Shown: in pieces, positions 39,155 to 46,889 of the stretch
Position numbering within the stretch: position 1 is the stretch's first letter
Layout of the letters: each line of letters opens with the position of its first letter
NCBI GenBank assembly: GCA_045652245.1
Contig: JAZRTY010000033.1
Location: forward strand, 139,863-203,862
DNA from: Eubacteriales bacterium
GTDB lineage: Bacteria; Bacillota; Clostridia; Oscillospirales; CAG-382
Reading direction: 5' to 3'
Length of the DNA: 64,000 bases
The notes under the pieces: generated by a model
What the model was told of the DNA's origin: nothing
The model's database searches: none
The model's input: only the letters and a program-made list of their open reading frames with translations
Program-made: the position numbers and the translations under genes

Positions 39155-39637
39155 ATGCTCAACAATTCTATACTCAATATAAAAAAAAGACCTTATGCAT
39201 ATGCAAAAATAAAAGGAAGCCATGACTATCCAAGTATTAACGGCATTGTCTACTTTTATAAAGTGCAGGCAGGTGTGCTGGTTTCAATTCAACTAAATGG
39301 GTTACCTGTATCAGATGACACCTGTAAAAAAACAATATTTGCCGTTCACATTCACAGTGGAAGCGGTTGTACAGGCAACAATACCGATCCATTCGCAGAT
39401 GCCTTAACACACTATAATCCCTATGATTGTGCTCATCCATATCATGCAGGCGACCTGCCACCTATATTTGGTGCCGGCGAACTTGGCTTTTCAGTATTTC
39501 TGACAAACCGATTTTCAATTGAAGAAATAATAGGAAAAACTGTTATAATCCACTCTGCTCCCGATGATTTTACAACTCAGCCGTCCGGCAATTCCGGAAC
39601 AAAAATCGCTTGCGGTGTAATTTTATCGGTATATTAA
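39155..39637 (+). CDS. Cu/Zn superoxide dismutase family protein without an evident signal peptide
   Basis: The ligand pattern is retained: VHIHSG (H-x-H), ALTHYNP...AHPYHAGDLP and VIIHSAPDD. AGGTGA RBS 6 nt before the ATG at 39155. Confidence 0.75.
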   Translation: MLNNSILNIKKRPYAYAKIKGSHDYPSINGIVYFYKVQAGVLVSIQLNGLPVSDDTCKKTIFAVHIHSGSGCTGNNTDPFADALTHYNPYDCAHPYHAGDLPPIFGAGELGFSVFLTNRFSIEEIIGKTVIIHSAPDDFTTQPSGNSGTKIACGVILSVY

Positions 39638-39679
39638 GAGATCTTAAAATGATTGTCGCTTAATATACGTTTTTTAATT

Positions 39680-39707
39680 AAAAAGACTGTATATTCTAGA
39701 TGCTAAT
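39680..39707 (+). repeat. intergenic repeat family 1, copy A
   Basis: AAAAAGACTGTATATTCTAGATGCTAAT, 59 nt 3' of the cupin stop. Confidence 0.8.
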
Positions 39708-39765
39708 CATTTTGGCATTAAAACCCCTGAAAAATTTGCATTTCAATTATCCCATAATAAAGTTG

Positions 39766-40110
39766 CTATTCAACAACAATAAGAGCGATAAATACGAGCA
39801 TTTCATCACCGGTATTTTTGATAGAATGACCTTGACCTGACGGAGTAAATGTCACCATTCCCGGAGCCACTTCAACCTCGTTTCCGTTATCATTATAGAT
39901 GCCCTGTCCTGAAAGAATAAAAAATGTTTCGCTTTCCCCAACATGCATATGATATTCCACTTCTTCACCCGGTTTTACCCGAATAAAAGAGAAAAGTCGG
40001 ACTTTTGGATTCCACGCATCAAAATCAGCAAGATTTGTCTTGAGCATTTTTTCTTTGCCATCATTGTTTAGCTTTGTTTGTGTTTTTAGTTGTTCTATTT
40101 TTTTGTACAT
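39766..40110 (-). CDS. cupin domain protein
   Basis: 114 aa with cupin motifs (PGEEVEYHMHVGESETFFILSGQG...GQGHSIKNTG). Confidence 0.8.
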   Translation of the reverse strand: MYKKIEQLKTQTKLNNDGKEKMLKTNLADFDAWNPKVRLFSFIRVKPGEEVEYHMHVGESETFFILSGQGIYNDNGNEVEVAPGMVTFTPSGQGHSIKNTGDEMLVFIALIVVE

Positions 40111-40168
40111 ATAAAAATCTCCCTAAAATCAAAAATTCTATTTTTACTTGAAGTACTTATTCCGACAA

Positions 40169-40199
40169 ATTTCGACATCTCTTTTATACTCGAGTCAAG
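40169..40199 (+). repeat. intergenic motif family 2, copy 1 (TTCGACA-N11-CTCGAGTCAAG)
   Basis: ATTTCGACATCTCTTTTATACTCGAGTCAAG, in the EamA-cupin spacer. Confidence 0.5.
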
Positions 40200-40213
40200 A
40201 CTGGAATAAATAA

Positions 40214-41086
40214 TTATTTACTTTTCTCTTTTTCTTTCAACTGAATTAATATTCCTAAAATAATAATTATTAATCCCACTAATGAGTTTAGCTTTATTGC
40301 TTCATTTAAGAATAAATATGTCCACACAAGCGATAAAAACGGTGTTATGTATGCAAGATTTGATACCTTCTCTGTTTTTCCGTTTTCAAGCGCCATAATC
40401 CAAAAGGTATTTGCAATTGCCACCGTAAAAATTCCGTTCCACACAAATCCAAATATCTGATTGGTGGCAGGCACAAATATATCTCCATTAATTAAATTAA
40501 CCAATGTTGTAAATATAAAAGTAGCAAAATAGCTTACCATAAGTGTCATACTTTTATTATAATTCATTTTTTGATTAAGAGCCGTGAATATACCATATGA
40601 AACAGCTCCAAGAATACAACAAAGTACTCCAAAGAGCATACGACCGTTAAGATCATTTATGTCTCCGCCTACAACAACAATCACACCAAAAAACGAAATA
40701 AAAATAGCGATAAGTTTTTTTGCTGTAAGTTTTTCTTTTAAAATAATACACGCAAACAACACACTCATTATCGGCCACAGATAATTAATGATAAACGCCT
40801 GTGATGCCGGCAGAATATCTGTTCCGGCATAATAGAACAAATAATAAAATATGGTACTGGGAATTCCTATTGCAACCATAATAATATAGTCTTTTAATTT
40901 ATAATTTTTATATTTTTTAAAATTCCCAAGACAAATATTTAACAAAAGCAAAAACAATCCTGCAATCAATGAATTCATCCACAGAAGCTGCATATTATTG
41001 AGCTCTCGAAGAAGAATTTTGCAAGTTGTCGCAACTGTTGACCAGCAAAAGATAGACACTCCCGCATAAAAATATGTTTTTTTCAT
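40214..41086 (-). CDS. EamA/DMT family transporter
   Basis: 290 aa with 10 TM helices and the two-EamA-repeat architecture. Confidence 0.8.
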   Translation of the reverse strand: MKKTYFYAGVSIFCWSTVATTCKILLRELNNMQLLWMNSLIAGLFLLLLNICLGNFKKYKNYKLKDYIIMVAIGIPSTIFYYLFYYAGTDILPASQAFIINYLWPIMSVLFACIILKEKLTAKKLIAIFISFFGVIVVVGGDINDLNGRMLFGVLCCILGAVSYGIFTALNQKMNYNKSMTLMVSYFATFIFTTLVNLINGDIFVPATNQIFGFVWNGIFTVAIANTFWIMALENGKTEKVSNLAYITPFLSLVWTYLFLNEAIKLNSLVGLIIIILGILIQLKEKEKSK

Positions 41087-41129
41087 TAAAACATTCCCTC
41101 CTATGTAATTATATTACAGTTTTCAATGT

Positions 41130-41155
41130 AAAAAGACTGTATAATCTAGATACCA
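41130..41155 (+). repeat. intergenic repeat family 1, copy B
   Basis: AAAAAGACTGTATAATCTAGATACCA, 44 nt upstream of the EamA start codon on the opposite strand. Confidence 0.8.
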
Positions 41156-41170
41156 CTCTTTTTTTAGTGA

Positions 41171-41212
41171 TTGCGAGGCATAAGGTTTAGATGCAAACCT
41201 TTTTGGTCGCAA
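41171..41212 (+). other. nested hairpin with T-tract between repeat copies B and C
   Basis: TTGCGA-GGCATA-AGGTTT-AGATGC-AAACCT-TTTTGG-TCGCAA. The inner 6 bp stem is followed by TTTTT on the plus strand, and the outer 6 bp stem closes it. Confidence 0.45.
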
Positions 41213-41271
41213 GTTCATATTAAGATAGAACCAAAAACTTCGCACAACAGAACCATCCCCTTGTGTTATTC

Positions 41272-41304
41272 TATAAAGACTGTATAATCTGGATGGCAAT
41301 GTTT
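41272..41304 (+). repeat. intergenic repeat family 1, copy C
   Basis: TATAAAGACTGTATAATCTGGATGGCAATGTTT, 36 nt 3' of the TIM-barrel gene stop. Confidence 0.8.
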
Positions 41305-41339
41305 ACTAGAACAAACTTCACTTACGCTTTTATCAATCA

Positions 41340-42245
41340 TTATTCTTCATAAACATTATATGAAGAAAGAATATATTTTGAAATTTTATAAAGTAATGAA
41401 AGGGCGTCTCTCTTAAGTTCTGTGTTAATGTGCGAAAGACTTCCGTTCTCACGCCCGCGGTCAAACTTGAAAAAGCAATCCGCCTCCAAAGTGAAATAAC
41501 CTGAAAATCCTGATTCAATAAGCCCTCTCATAAGTGAATCATAATCTGCTGTTCCAAGGAAAGGTGCTATATGCTCGTCTCGCATACCATTATTATCATG
41601 CACATGTATTGCTTTTAAGTTATTTCCCATTTCCATAATTTCGGAATAGTGGTCTATTTCATCCATATGGGCGTGTCCTACATCCCATGCTGCGCCGAAC
41701 AAAGGATGTTTTATATAGGTGACAAAATCGTTTAAGTCCTTTCCGGTTATAGGGAAAAAGCACTTTTCGGGACAATGCCTTATGGTTGTGTTTTCAAAGA
41801 GAATATTGACGCCGTTTTCCTCCATTGCCGGAATAAGCGCTCTGAAAAATGGTTCATTAGCTTTAAAATATAACTCTTTGTCATCGGGATATTTTATCTC
41901 TTGGAAAAATCCCGAATGGATTACCATATTTTTAATACCAAGAATACCACACGCCTCAATGGAACGAATAGTGGCTAAAATTCCTTTTTTCGCACCCTCT
42001 CCTCTTATATCGCAATCGGGTGCATGCGCTTGCACAAAAGAAAAACCAAGACTTTCCGCAGTAGCTTTCGCTTCAAAAATTTCTTCCTTCCAGTTATCCA
42101 TCATAAAAGGATGGTTCGGTGTTCTCACCACATTATAAAAGCTATAATCAAGGTAGTTAAATCCGGTACCCTCGTACGCTTCAATAGCTTTTGCCGGTTT
42201 TTCGGTATATGAATACATTTCTCCAATTGTGGTTGCAATTTTCAT
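41340..42245 (-). CDS. xylose-isomerase-like TIM barrel protein (sugar phosphate isomerase/epimerase family)
   Basis: 301 aa with an AP_endonuc_2-type pattern (VQAHAP, MVIHSG, LFENT, WDVGHAHM, IHVHDN, TLE). Confidence 0.75.
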   Translation of the reverse strand: MKIATTIGEMYSYTEKPAKAIEAYEGTGFNYLDYSFYNVVRTPNHPFMMDNWKEEIFEAKATAESLGFSFVQAHAPDCDIRGEGAKKGILATIRSIEACGILGIKNMVIHSGFFQEIKYPDDKELYFKANEPFFRALIPAMEENGVNILFENTTIRHCPEKCFFPITGKDLNDFVTYIKHPLFGAAWDVGHAHMDEIDHYSEIMEMGNNLKAIHVHDNNGMRDEHIAPFLGTADYDSLMRGLIESGFSGYFTLEADCFFKFDRGRENGSLSHINTELKRDALSLLYKISKYILSSYNVYEE

Positions 42246-42318
42246 ATAATCTTCTCCTTTATACTCATTTTGAAGCAGTGCTCCATTCCATACTTACATC
42301 TCTATTTCATATCTTTTA

Positions 42319-42351
42319 TATAAAGACAGTATAATCTAGATGCCAATGTTT
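42319..42351 (+). repeat. intergenic repeat family 1, copy D
   Basis: TATAAAGACAGTATAATCTAGATGCCAATGTTT, 37 nt 3' of the hydrolase stop. Confidence 0.8.
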
Positions 42352-42387
42352 TTTATCAATACTTCATGTCAAATTAGAAACAATAAT

Positions 42388-43125
42388 TTACTTTTCGGTT
42401 TCTTTTATAAATTCACATATGATTTTTCCAAACTCTTCTGTTTTTGAATAATGACAGTGTGTGCCATTCATCAGCCGATAATATATTTTACTCTCATCAT
42501 ATTCAAAATGCTTTAATGTAGAAATTGTTAATTGTGTTTGTTCATATCGATTTTTCATATCGTTATCCGAAACAATAAACATCATAGGCGGATAGCTAAC
42601 AGCCTTTCCAATATGATATATCGGTGCCGCCTCATCAATTATTACTCTTCTGGAATCGATTCCACGTTCCCTGAGCACATTAAAATGTGTTGTTGGCTGA
42701 CCGGCATCATGAATATATCCTTTTATTACACCTGAAGGTAACTTATATGGAGATAAATATTTGTCATCAAAGCAAAGCATCATTGAAAGATAACCACCGG
42801 CACTGCTTCCTCCAATATATATACCTTCGCATTTTCCATACTCCTCAATATTTTTATATATCCAGGCTACCGCTTCGGCTGAATCGCAAATGAACTGCGG
42901 ATACATAGCTTGCGGATACATCCTATAATTTATTGACACAAATGCTATGCCCTGACTCGCTACATATTCACCAACCGCACTCATGCGTGATTTATCACCG
43001 TGTTCCATTCCGCCGCCGTGCATATACACAAACACTTTAAAAGCATCATTATCCGGAAGATAAATATCAAGATACTGTTCAGGATGTTTAGCTTTACCAT
43101 AACAAATGTCACCTATAAATTTCAT
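42388..43125 (-). CDS. alpha/beta hydrolase (esterase/lipase-like, HGGG type)
   Basis: VFVYMHGGGMEHGD oxyanion motif and GGSSAGG nucleophile elbow. 245 aa. Confidence 0.75.
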   Translation of the reverse strand: MKFIGDICYGKAKHPEQYLDIYLPDNDAFKVFVYMHGGGMEHGDKSRMSAVGEYVASQGIAFVSINYRMYPQAMYPQFICDSAEAVAWIYKNIEEYGKCEGIYIGGSSAGGYLSMMLCFDDKYLSPYKLPSGVIKGYIHDAGQPTTHFNVLRERGIDSRRVIIDEAAPIYHIGKAVSYPPMMFIVSDNDMKNRYEQTQLTISTLKHFEYDESKIYYRLMNGTHCHYSKTEEFGKIICEFIKETEK

Positions 43126-43179
43126 AATAAAATCTCCTTTATATAGTTTTTTAAATTATTTCTTTCTGCATTTTGCATT

Positions 43180-43209
43180 ATTCGACAATCTTACTAGGCT
43201 CGAGTTAAG
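43180..43209 (+). repeat. intergenic motif family 2, copy 2 (TTCGACA-N11-CTCGAGTTAAG)
   Basis: ATTCGACAATCTTACTAGGCTCGAGTTAAG, in the WYL-hydrolase spacer. Confidence 0.5.
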
Positions 43210-44226
43210 TTAAGAACAAAATTCAATCGCTGATTTACAAACATTTATGTATTCCTCACGCACAGCATCCGGGCCTTCTATAACAATAAGATTATTAAGT
43301 CCGAAAATCCAGGAATAAAACTGAGGACTGATTGCCACCTTAACAGTAACAGTACAATAACCATCCTCCTTCGGAACAATAAACACGTCCCTACCAAACC
43401 TGTCAAATATAATTCCGACAGCATCAATTTTGCATTTCAAAGTAACCTCGTCGGTTTCTCCCGAAAACATATTGAAATTCTTGTTTGAATATTCTGCGCT
43501 GTCAAAATTAAGCTCTCTTGCAGGTCTTGAAATTGCCTCTTGGCAAAGACTGACACTTTCCATTTTGTCAACCCGGTAATGCTTAAGCTTCCCGCTAAAA
43601 TCATCATATGCCACAAGGTAATATTTTTCATCATCCCAAATAAGAGAAATCGGATTTACAAAATAGAGATTACCTTTGTTTCTGTAAAGCTTGTTTTTGC
43701 GCACATCCCAGGTATAATATTTAAAAGAAATCTGCTTCTTTTCGGATATCCCCCTGTAAATGCTGTCTATATTGTAGTACACGTTCTCATTTGGACTTTT
43801 TGCACGTCCAGCTAAGATAATTTCGTGTTTTAGCTTTGAACGTTCCCATATAGATGTAAGACTGCTGAATTTTTCAATCAGTTTCATACTTTTATTCTCG
43901 GAAATAAATTTCGCAGATTGAATAATATCAGTCAGCATCTTTATCTCGGAAACCTCAAACTGTCGCTCGCCGATATAGTATCCTCCCCTTGTACCCTTTT
44001 CGGAAATTATATCCACTCCGAACAGTTGCAACGCCTCAATGTCATCATAAATACTTTTTCTTTCAGCAGAAACTCCATACGAGGCAAGCTTTGATATAAG
44101 TTCACTTGCGTTGAGTGGATGGCTCTCGTCTGTTTCTTCAAACAGAATTTTGTAAAGATACAGAATTTTAAGCTTTTGATTACTCGACCTTGAAATAAGT
44201 ATCACTCCAATCAATAAATGTACCAA
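43210..44226 (-). CDS. WYL domain transcriptional regulator (N-terminal wHTH, WYL, C-terminal WCX-like domain)
   Basis: HTH region KLKILYLYKILFEETDESHPLNASELISKL...IYDDIEAL. WYL region ISLIWDDEKYYLVAYDDFSGKLKHYRVDKM. The true start is probably a few codons inside the track ORF. Confidence 0.8.
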   Translation of the reverse strand: MVHLLIGVILISRSSNQKLKILYLYKILFEETDESHPLNASELISKLASYGVSAERKSIYDDIEALQLFGVDIISEKGTRGGYYIGERQFEVSEIKMLTDIIQSAKFISENKSMKLIEKFSSLTSIWERSKLKHEIILAGRAKSPNENVYYNIDSIYRGISEKKQISFKYYTWDVRKNKLYRNKGNLYFVNPISLIWDDEKYYLVAYDDFSGKLKHYRVDKMESVSLCQEAISRPARELNFDSAEYSNKNFNMFSGETDEVTLKCKIDAVGIIFDRFGRDVFIVPKEDGYCTVTVKVAISPQFYSWIFGLNNLIVIEGPDAVREEYINVCKSAIEFCS

Positions 44227-44431
44227 TTAACGGTCATCTGTGTGTAGATTATACCATATATTCCCTTGCTAATTGTAAACAATCCAAAAATTTTTTATAA
44301 ATAGATATAATATTTCTTGACAAATAAAAATATATATGATAAAATAATTTGCCGCATGATAAGGGTATCAAATTTTACCTTTGGTAAAAACCCGATTTCA
44401 GCGAGTTCATAATGAAAGAGAGGTGCTTTTC

Positions 44432-44743
44432 GTGTACGCAGTATTTACAACCGGCGGAAAGCAGTACAAAGTTCAGGAAGGCGACGTAATTTACGTTGAA
44501 AAGCTCGGAACATCCGAAGGAGAAAAGGTTTCTTTCGACACAGTACTTGCAATTCAGGGCGATGACGGACTTAAGGTTGGTGCTCCCTATGTTGAGGGCG
44601 CAAAGATTGAAGCAAGCGTTATCAAGAACGATAAGGCTAAGAAGATCACAATCATTAAGTACAAGTCAAAGAAGAACGAAAAGAAGAAAATGGGTCACAG
44701 ACAGCCATATTCTAAGATTTCGATCGACAAAGTTGTTTTCTAA
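44432..44743 (+). CDS. rplU: 50S ribosomal protein L21
   Basis: (V/M)YAVFTTGGKQYKVQEGDVIYVEKL. GTG start at 44432, 8 nt after an AGAGAGG RBS. A TTGACA-17-TAAAAT promoter lies ~100 nt upstream. Confidence 0.93.
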   Translation: MYAVFTTGGKQYKVQEGDVIYVEKLGTSEGEKVSFDTVLAIQGDDGLKVGAPYVEGAKIEASVIKNDKAKKITIIKYKSKKNEKKKMGHRQPYSKISIDKVVF

Positions 44744-44752
44744 TTTATTTTA

Positions 44753-45088
44753 ATGACGAAAATCAGCTTAAAGTCGGATGAATTGTTTTTCTGCTCCGGT
44801 ATTTCTGTAAGTGGTCACTCAGGCTACGCAGACGAAGGCAGCGATATTGTTTGTGCATATATCTCATCTGCTTGTGAGTTGCTTATGAGTATACTCATTG
44901 ACTCAATGGGACTTGATATAGAAACAGAAATAAACGCTGAAAAAGCAAGTATTACCCTTTCGGTATCTGTAACCGAGAAAAATATTTCGGCAAAGGATAC
45001 AATAAAATCGGTAATGAATGGTTTTTTACTTCAGATGAATGAGCTGGCAAAACAATATCCGAAATTTGTAAGTATTACATTTGCATAA
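44753..45088 (+). CDS. prp: ribosomal-processing cysteine protease Prp
   Basis: SGHSGYADEGSDIVCAYISS (His/Cys dyad region). Located between rplU and rpmA. Confidence 0.88.
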   Translation: MTKISLKSDELFFCSGISVSGHSGYADEGSDIVCAYISSACELLMSILIDSMGLDIETEINAEKASITLSVSVTEKNISAKDTIKSVMNGFLLQMNELAKQYPKFVSITFA

Positions 45089-45112
45089 CCAATATGCAGA
45101 AAGGAAGAAATT

Positions 45113-45391
45113 ATGATGAGACTTAGTATTCAGTTTTTTGCTCATAAGAAGGGTGTAGGTTCTACAAAGAATGGTAGAGATTCCGAATCCAAGAGACTTG
45201 GCGTAAAGAAAGCTGACGGACAGTCGGTAATTGCCGGCAACATTATCGTAAGACAGCGTGGTACACACATTCGTCCCGGCGTTAATGTTGGTATCGGTAC
45301 AGACGACACACTTTTTGCTCTCGAAGCAGGTGTTGTTAAGTTCGAGCATATCACAGGCGGTAAGAAGCGTGTAAGCGTTTACGCAAAGTAA
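45113..45391 (+). CDS. rpmA: 50S ribosomal protein L27 with cleavable N-terminal extension
   Basis: [32 protein letters not shown]. The extension ends in the FFA-HKKG context cleaved by Prp in Firmicutes. Confidence 0.95.
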   Translation: MMRLSIQFFAHKKGVGSTKNGRDSESKRLGVKKADGQSVIAGNIIVRQRGTHIRPGVNVGIGTDDTLFALEAGVVKFEHITGGKKRVSVYAK

Positions 45392-45417
45392 GCTTAAATT
45401 TAACAAAATACACATCG

Positions 45418-45456
45418 TCGGCTGTCGGCACATTACCCGGCAGCCGATTTGTTTAC
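45418..45456 (+). terminator. hairpin with T-rich tail between rpmA and obg (terminator/attenuator)
   Basis: TCGGCTGTCGG-CACATTAC-CCGGCAGCCGA followed by TTTGTTT. Confidence 0.6.
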
Positions 45457-45486
45457 AAAATCTCCGATATGTAAAGGAGTAGATTT

Positions 45487-46773
45487 ATGTTTATAGATAA
45501 AGTAAAAATATATGTAAAAGCAGGAAACGGCGGAAACGGCTCTGTTTCCTTCAGACGTGAAAAATATGTTTCCCACGGCGGACCCGACGGTGGCGACGGC
45601 GGTCATGGCGGAAGTATTGTTTTTACAATTGACGAAGGAAATAATACCCTTTTAAACTTCAAATACAGACGAAAATTTGTCGCTGAAAACGGAGAACAGG
45701 GGTCAGGTTCCAAGTTTCACGGTAAAAACGGTACTGACCTTGAAATCCCCCTGCCCCCCGGCACAATTATAAAGGACCCTGAGACCGGTAAAGTAATCAA
45801 GGATATGTCAGACGAGGACGTAGTTGAAAGCGGCAGATTTGTCTTTCTTAAAGGTGGTAAAGGTGGCTTTGGTAACACTCATTTTGCAACACCTACAAGA
45901 CAGGCACCAAACTTTGCAAAAGCAGGTATCAAAGGTAAAGAAAAGGAAATACTGCTTGAACTGAAAATGCTTGCTGACGCAGGACTTGTCGGTATGCCGA
46001 GTGCTGGTAAATCCACAATACTATCAGTTGTTTCAGCTGCAAAGCCAAAAATTGCAGATTACCACTTCACAACTCTTGCACCCATGTTGGGCGTAGTAAA
46101 CGCAAAGGCAGGACAATTTGTCCTTGCCGACCTTCCCGGACTTATTGAAGGAGCACATAACGGTGATGGACTCGGCCACCAGTTTTTGCGTCACATAGAC
46201 AGGTGCAGATTGCTTGTAAATGTAGTTGACGCATCAGGCTTTGAAGGCAGAGACCCAGTTGAAGATATAATAAAAATCAATGAAGAGCTTGAGCTTTACA
46301 GCCCCGAGCTTGCAAGCAGACCTCGAATTATTGCTGCAAATAAAATTGATATGATGTCCGACGAAACACGCGACAAACTTATTGAATTTGCAAAACAGCA
46401 AGGTTGTGAGATTGTCTTTATCGCAGCAGCCATCGCACACGGTACAGACGAACTTTGCGAAATGATTGCAAAGAAGCTGCGTGAGCTACCACCGATTAAG
46501 ATTTACAGTCCTGAATTCACACTTGAGGATGAATTTGAAAGTGGACTTGAAGATACAACAATTACAATCACAAGGGAAAATGATACCTTCTATGTAGAAT
46601 GTCCGAGAATTGTAAAGGTTCTTGATTCTATCAACTTCAACGACAGAGAAAGTATGGCTTATTTCCAGAAAATCCTCCGTTCAAGCGGAATCATTGATGC
46701 TCTTGAAGAAAAAGGAATCGTTGACGGACAGACAGTAAACCTGTATGACGTGGAATTTGATTATTATAAATAA
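45487..46773 (+). CDS. obg: GTPase Obg/CgtA
   Basis: Gly-rich Obg fold (GGNGSVSFRREKY...GGPDGGDGGHGG), G-domain (GMPSAGKST, DLPGLIEGA, NKID) and a C-terminal TGS/OCT-like domain. Confidence 0.95.
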   Translation: MFIDKVKIYVKAGNGGNGSVSFRREKYVSHGGPDGGDGGHGGSIVFTIDEGNNTLLNFKYRRKFVAENGEQGSGSKFHGKNGTDLEIPLPPGTIIKDPETGKVIKDMSDEDVVESGRFVFLKGGKGGFGNTHFATPTRQAPNFAKAGIKGKEKEILLELKMLADAGLVGMPSAGKSTILSVVSAAKPKIADYHFTTLAPMLGVVNAKAGQFVLADLPGLIEGAHNGDGLGHQFLRHIDRCRLLVNVVDASGFEGRDPVEDIIKINEELELYSPELASRPRIIAANKIDMMSDETRDKLIEFAKQQGCEIVFIAAAIAHGTDELCEMIAKKLRELPPIKIYSPEFTLEDEFESGLEDTTITITRENDTFYVECPRIVKVLDSINFNDRESMAYFQKILRSSGIIDALEEKGIVDGQTVNLYDVEFDYYK

Positions 46774-46889
46774 CACTATTGTTAATTTTTTATAAATTTA
46801 GCACTCTATGCCTTTCATTTATGAAAGAAAATGTGTTATACTGATATTTGCATATACAATTACAAAAATAAATTGAAAAGAGAAAAGAT

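Noticed and set aside
39700-39840. Small ORFs starting at the ATG inside the repeats: 46 aa from copy A, 19 aa from copy C (41293) and 35 aa from copy D (42340), possibly leaderless
   Set aside because: Copy B has ATA instead of ATG. The peptides share no sequence beyond the repeat and differ widely in length. There is no RBS. The ATG lies only 4 nt after the -10 hexamer, too close for a leaderless 5'-AUG transcript.
39680-42351. Idea that the family 1 repeats are integron attC sites separating gene cassettes
   Set aside because: There is no integrase (intI) or attI nearby. The repeats lack the R''/R' RYYYAAC...GTTRRRY cores and the extended imperfect palindrome of attC; only an 8 bp ATCTAGAT palindrome is present. 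Two copies lie in one spacer.
44340-44431. Possible ribosomal L21 leader RNA upstream of rplU
   Set aside because: A promoter (TTGACA-17-TAAAAT) and a ~90 nt 5' UTR exist. I cannot recognise the conserved L21-leader structure by eye, and only weak hairpins are visible. A covariance-model scan is needed.
45026-45433. 135 aa minus-strand ORF spanning the prp/rpmA junction
   Set aside because: It overlaps two highly conserved ribosomal-operon genes on the opposite strand. It is a shadow ORF.
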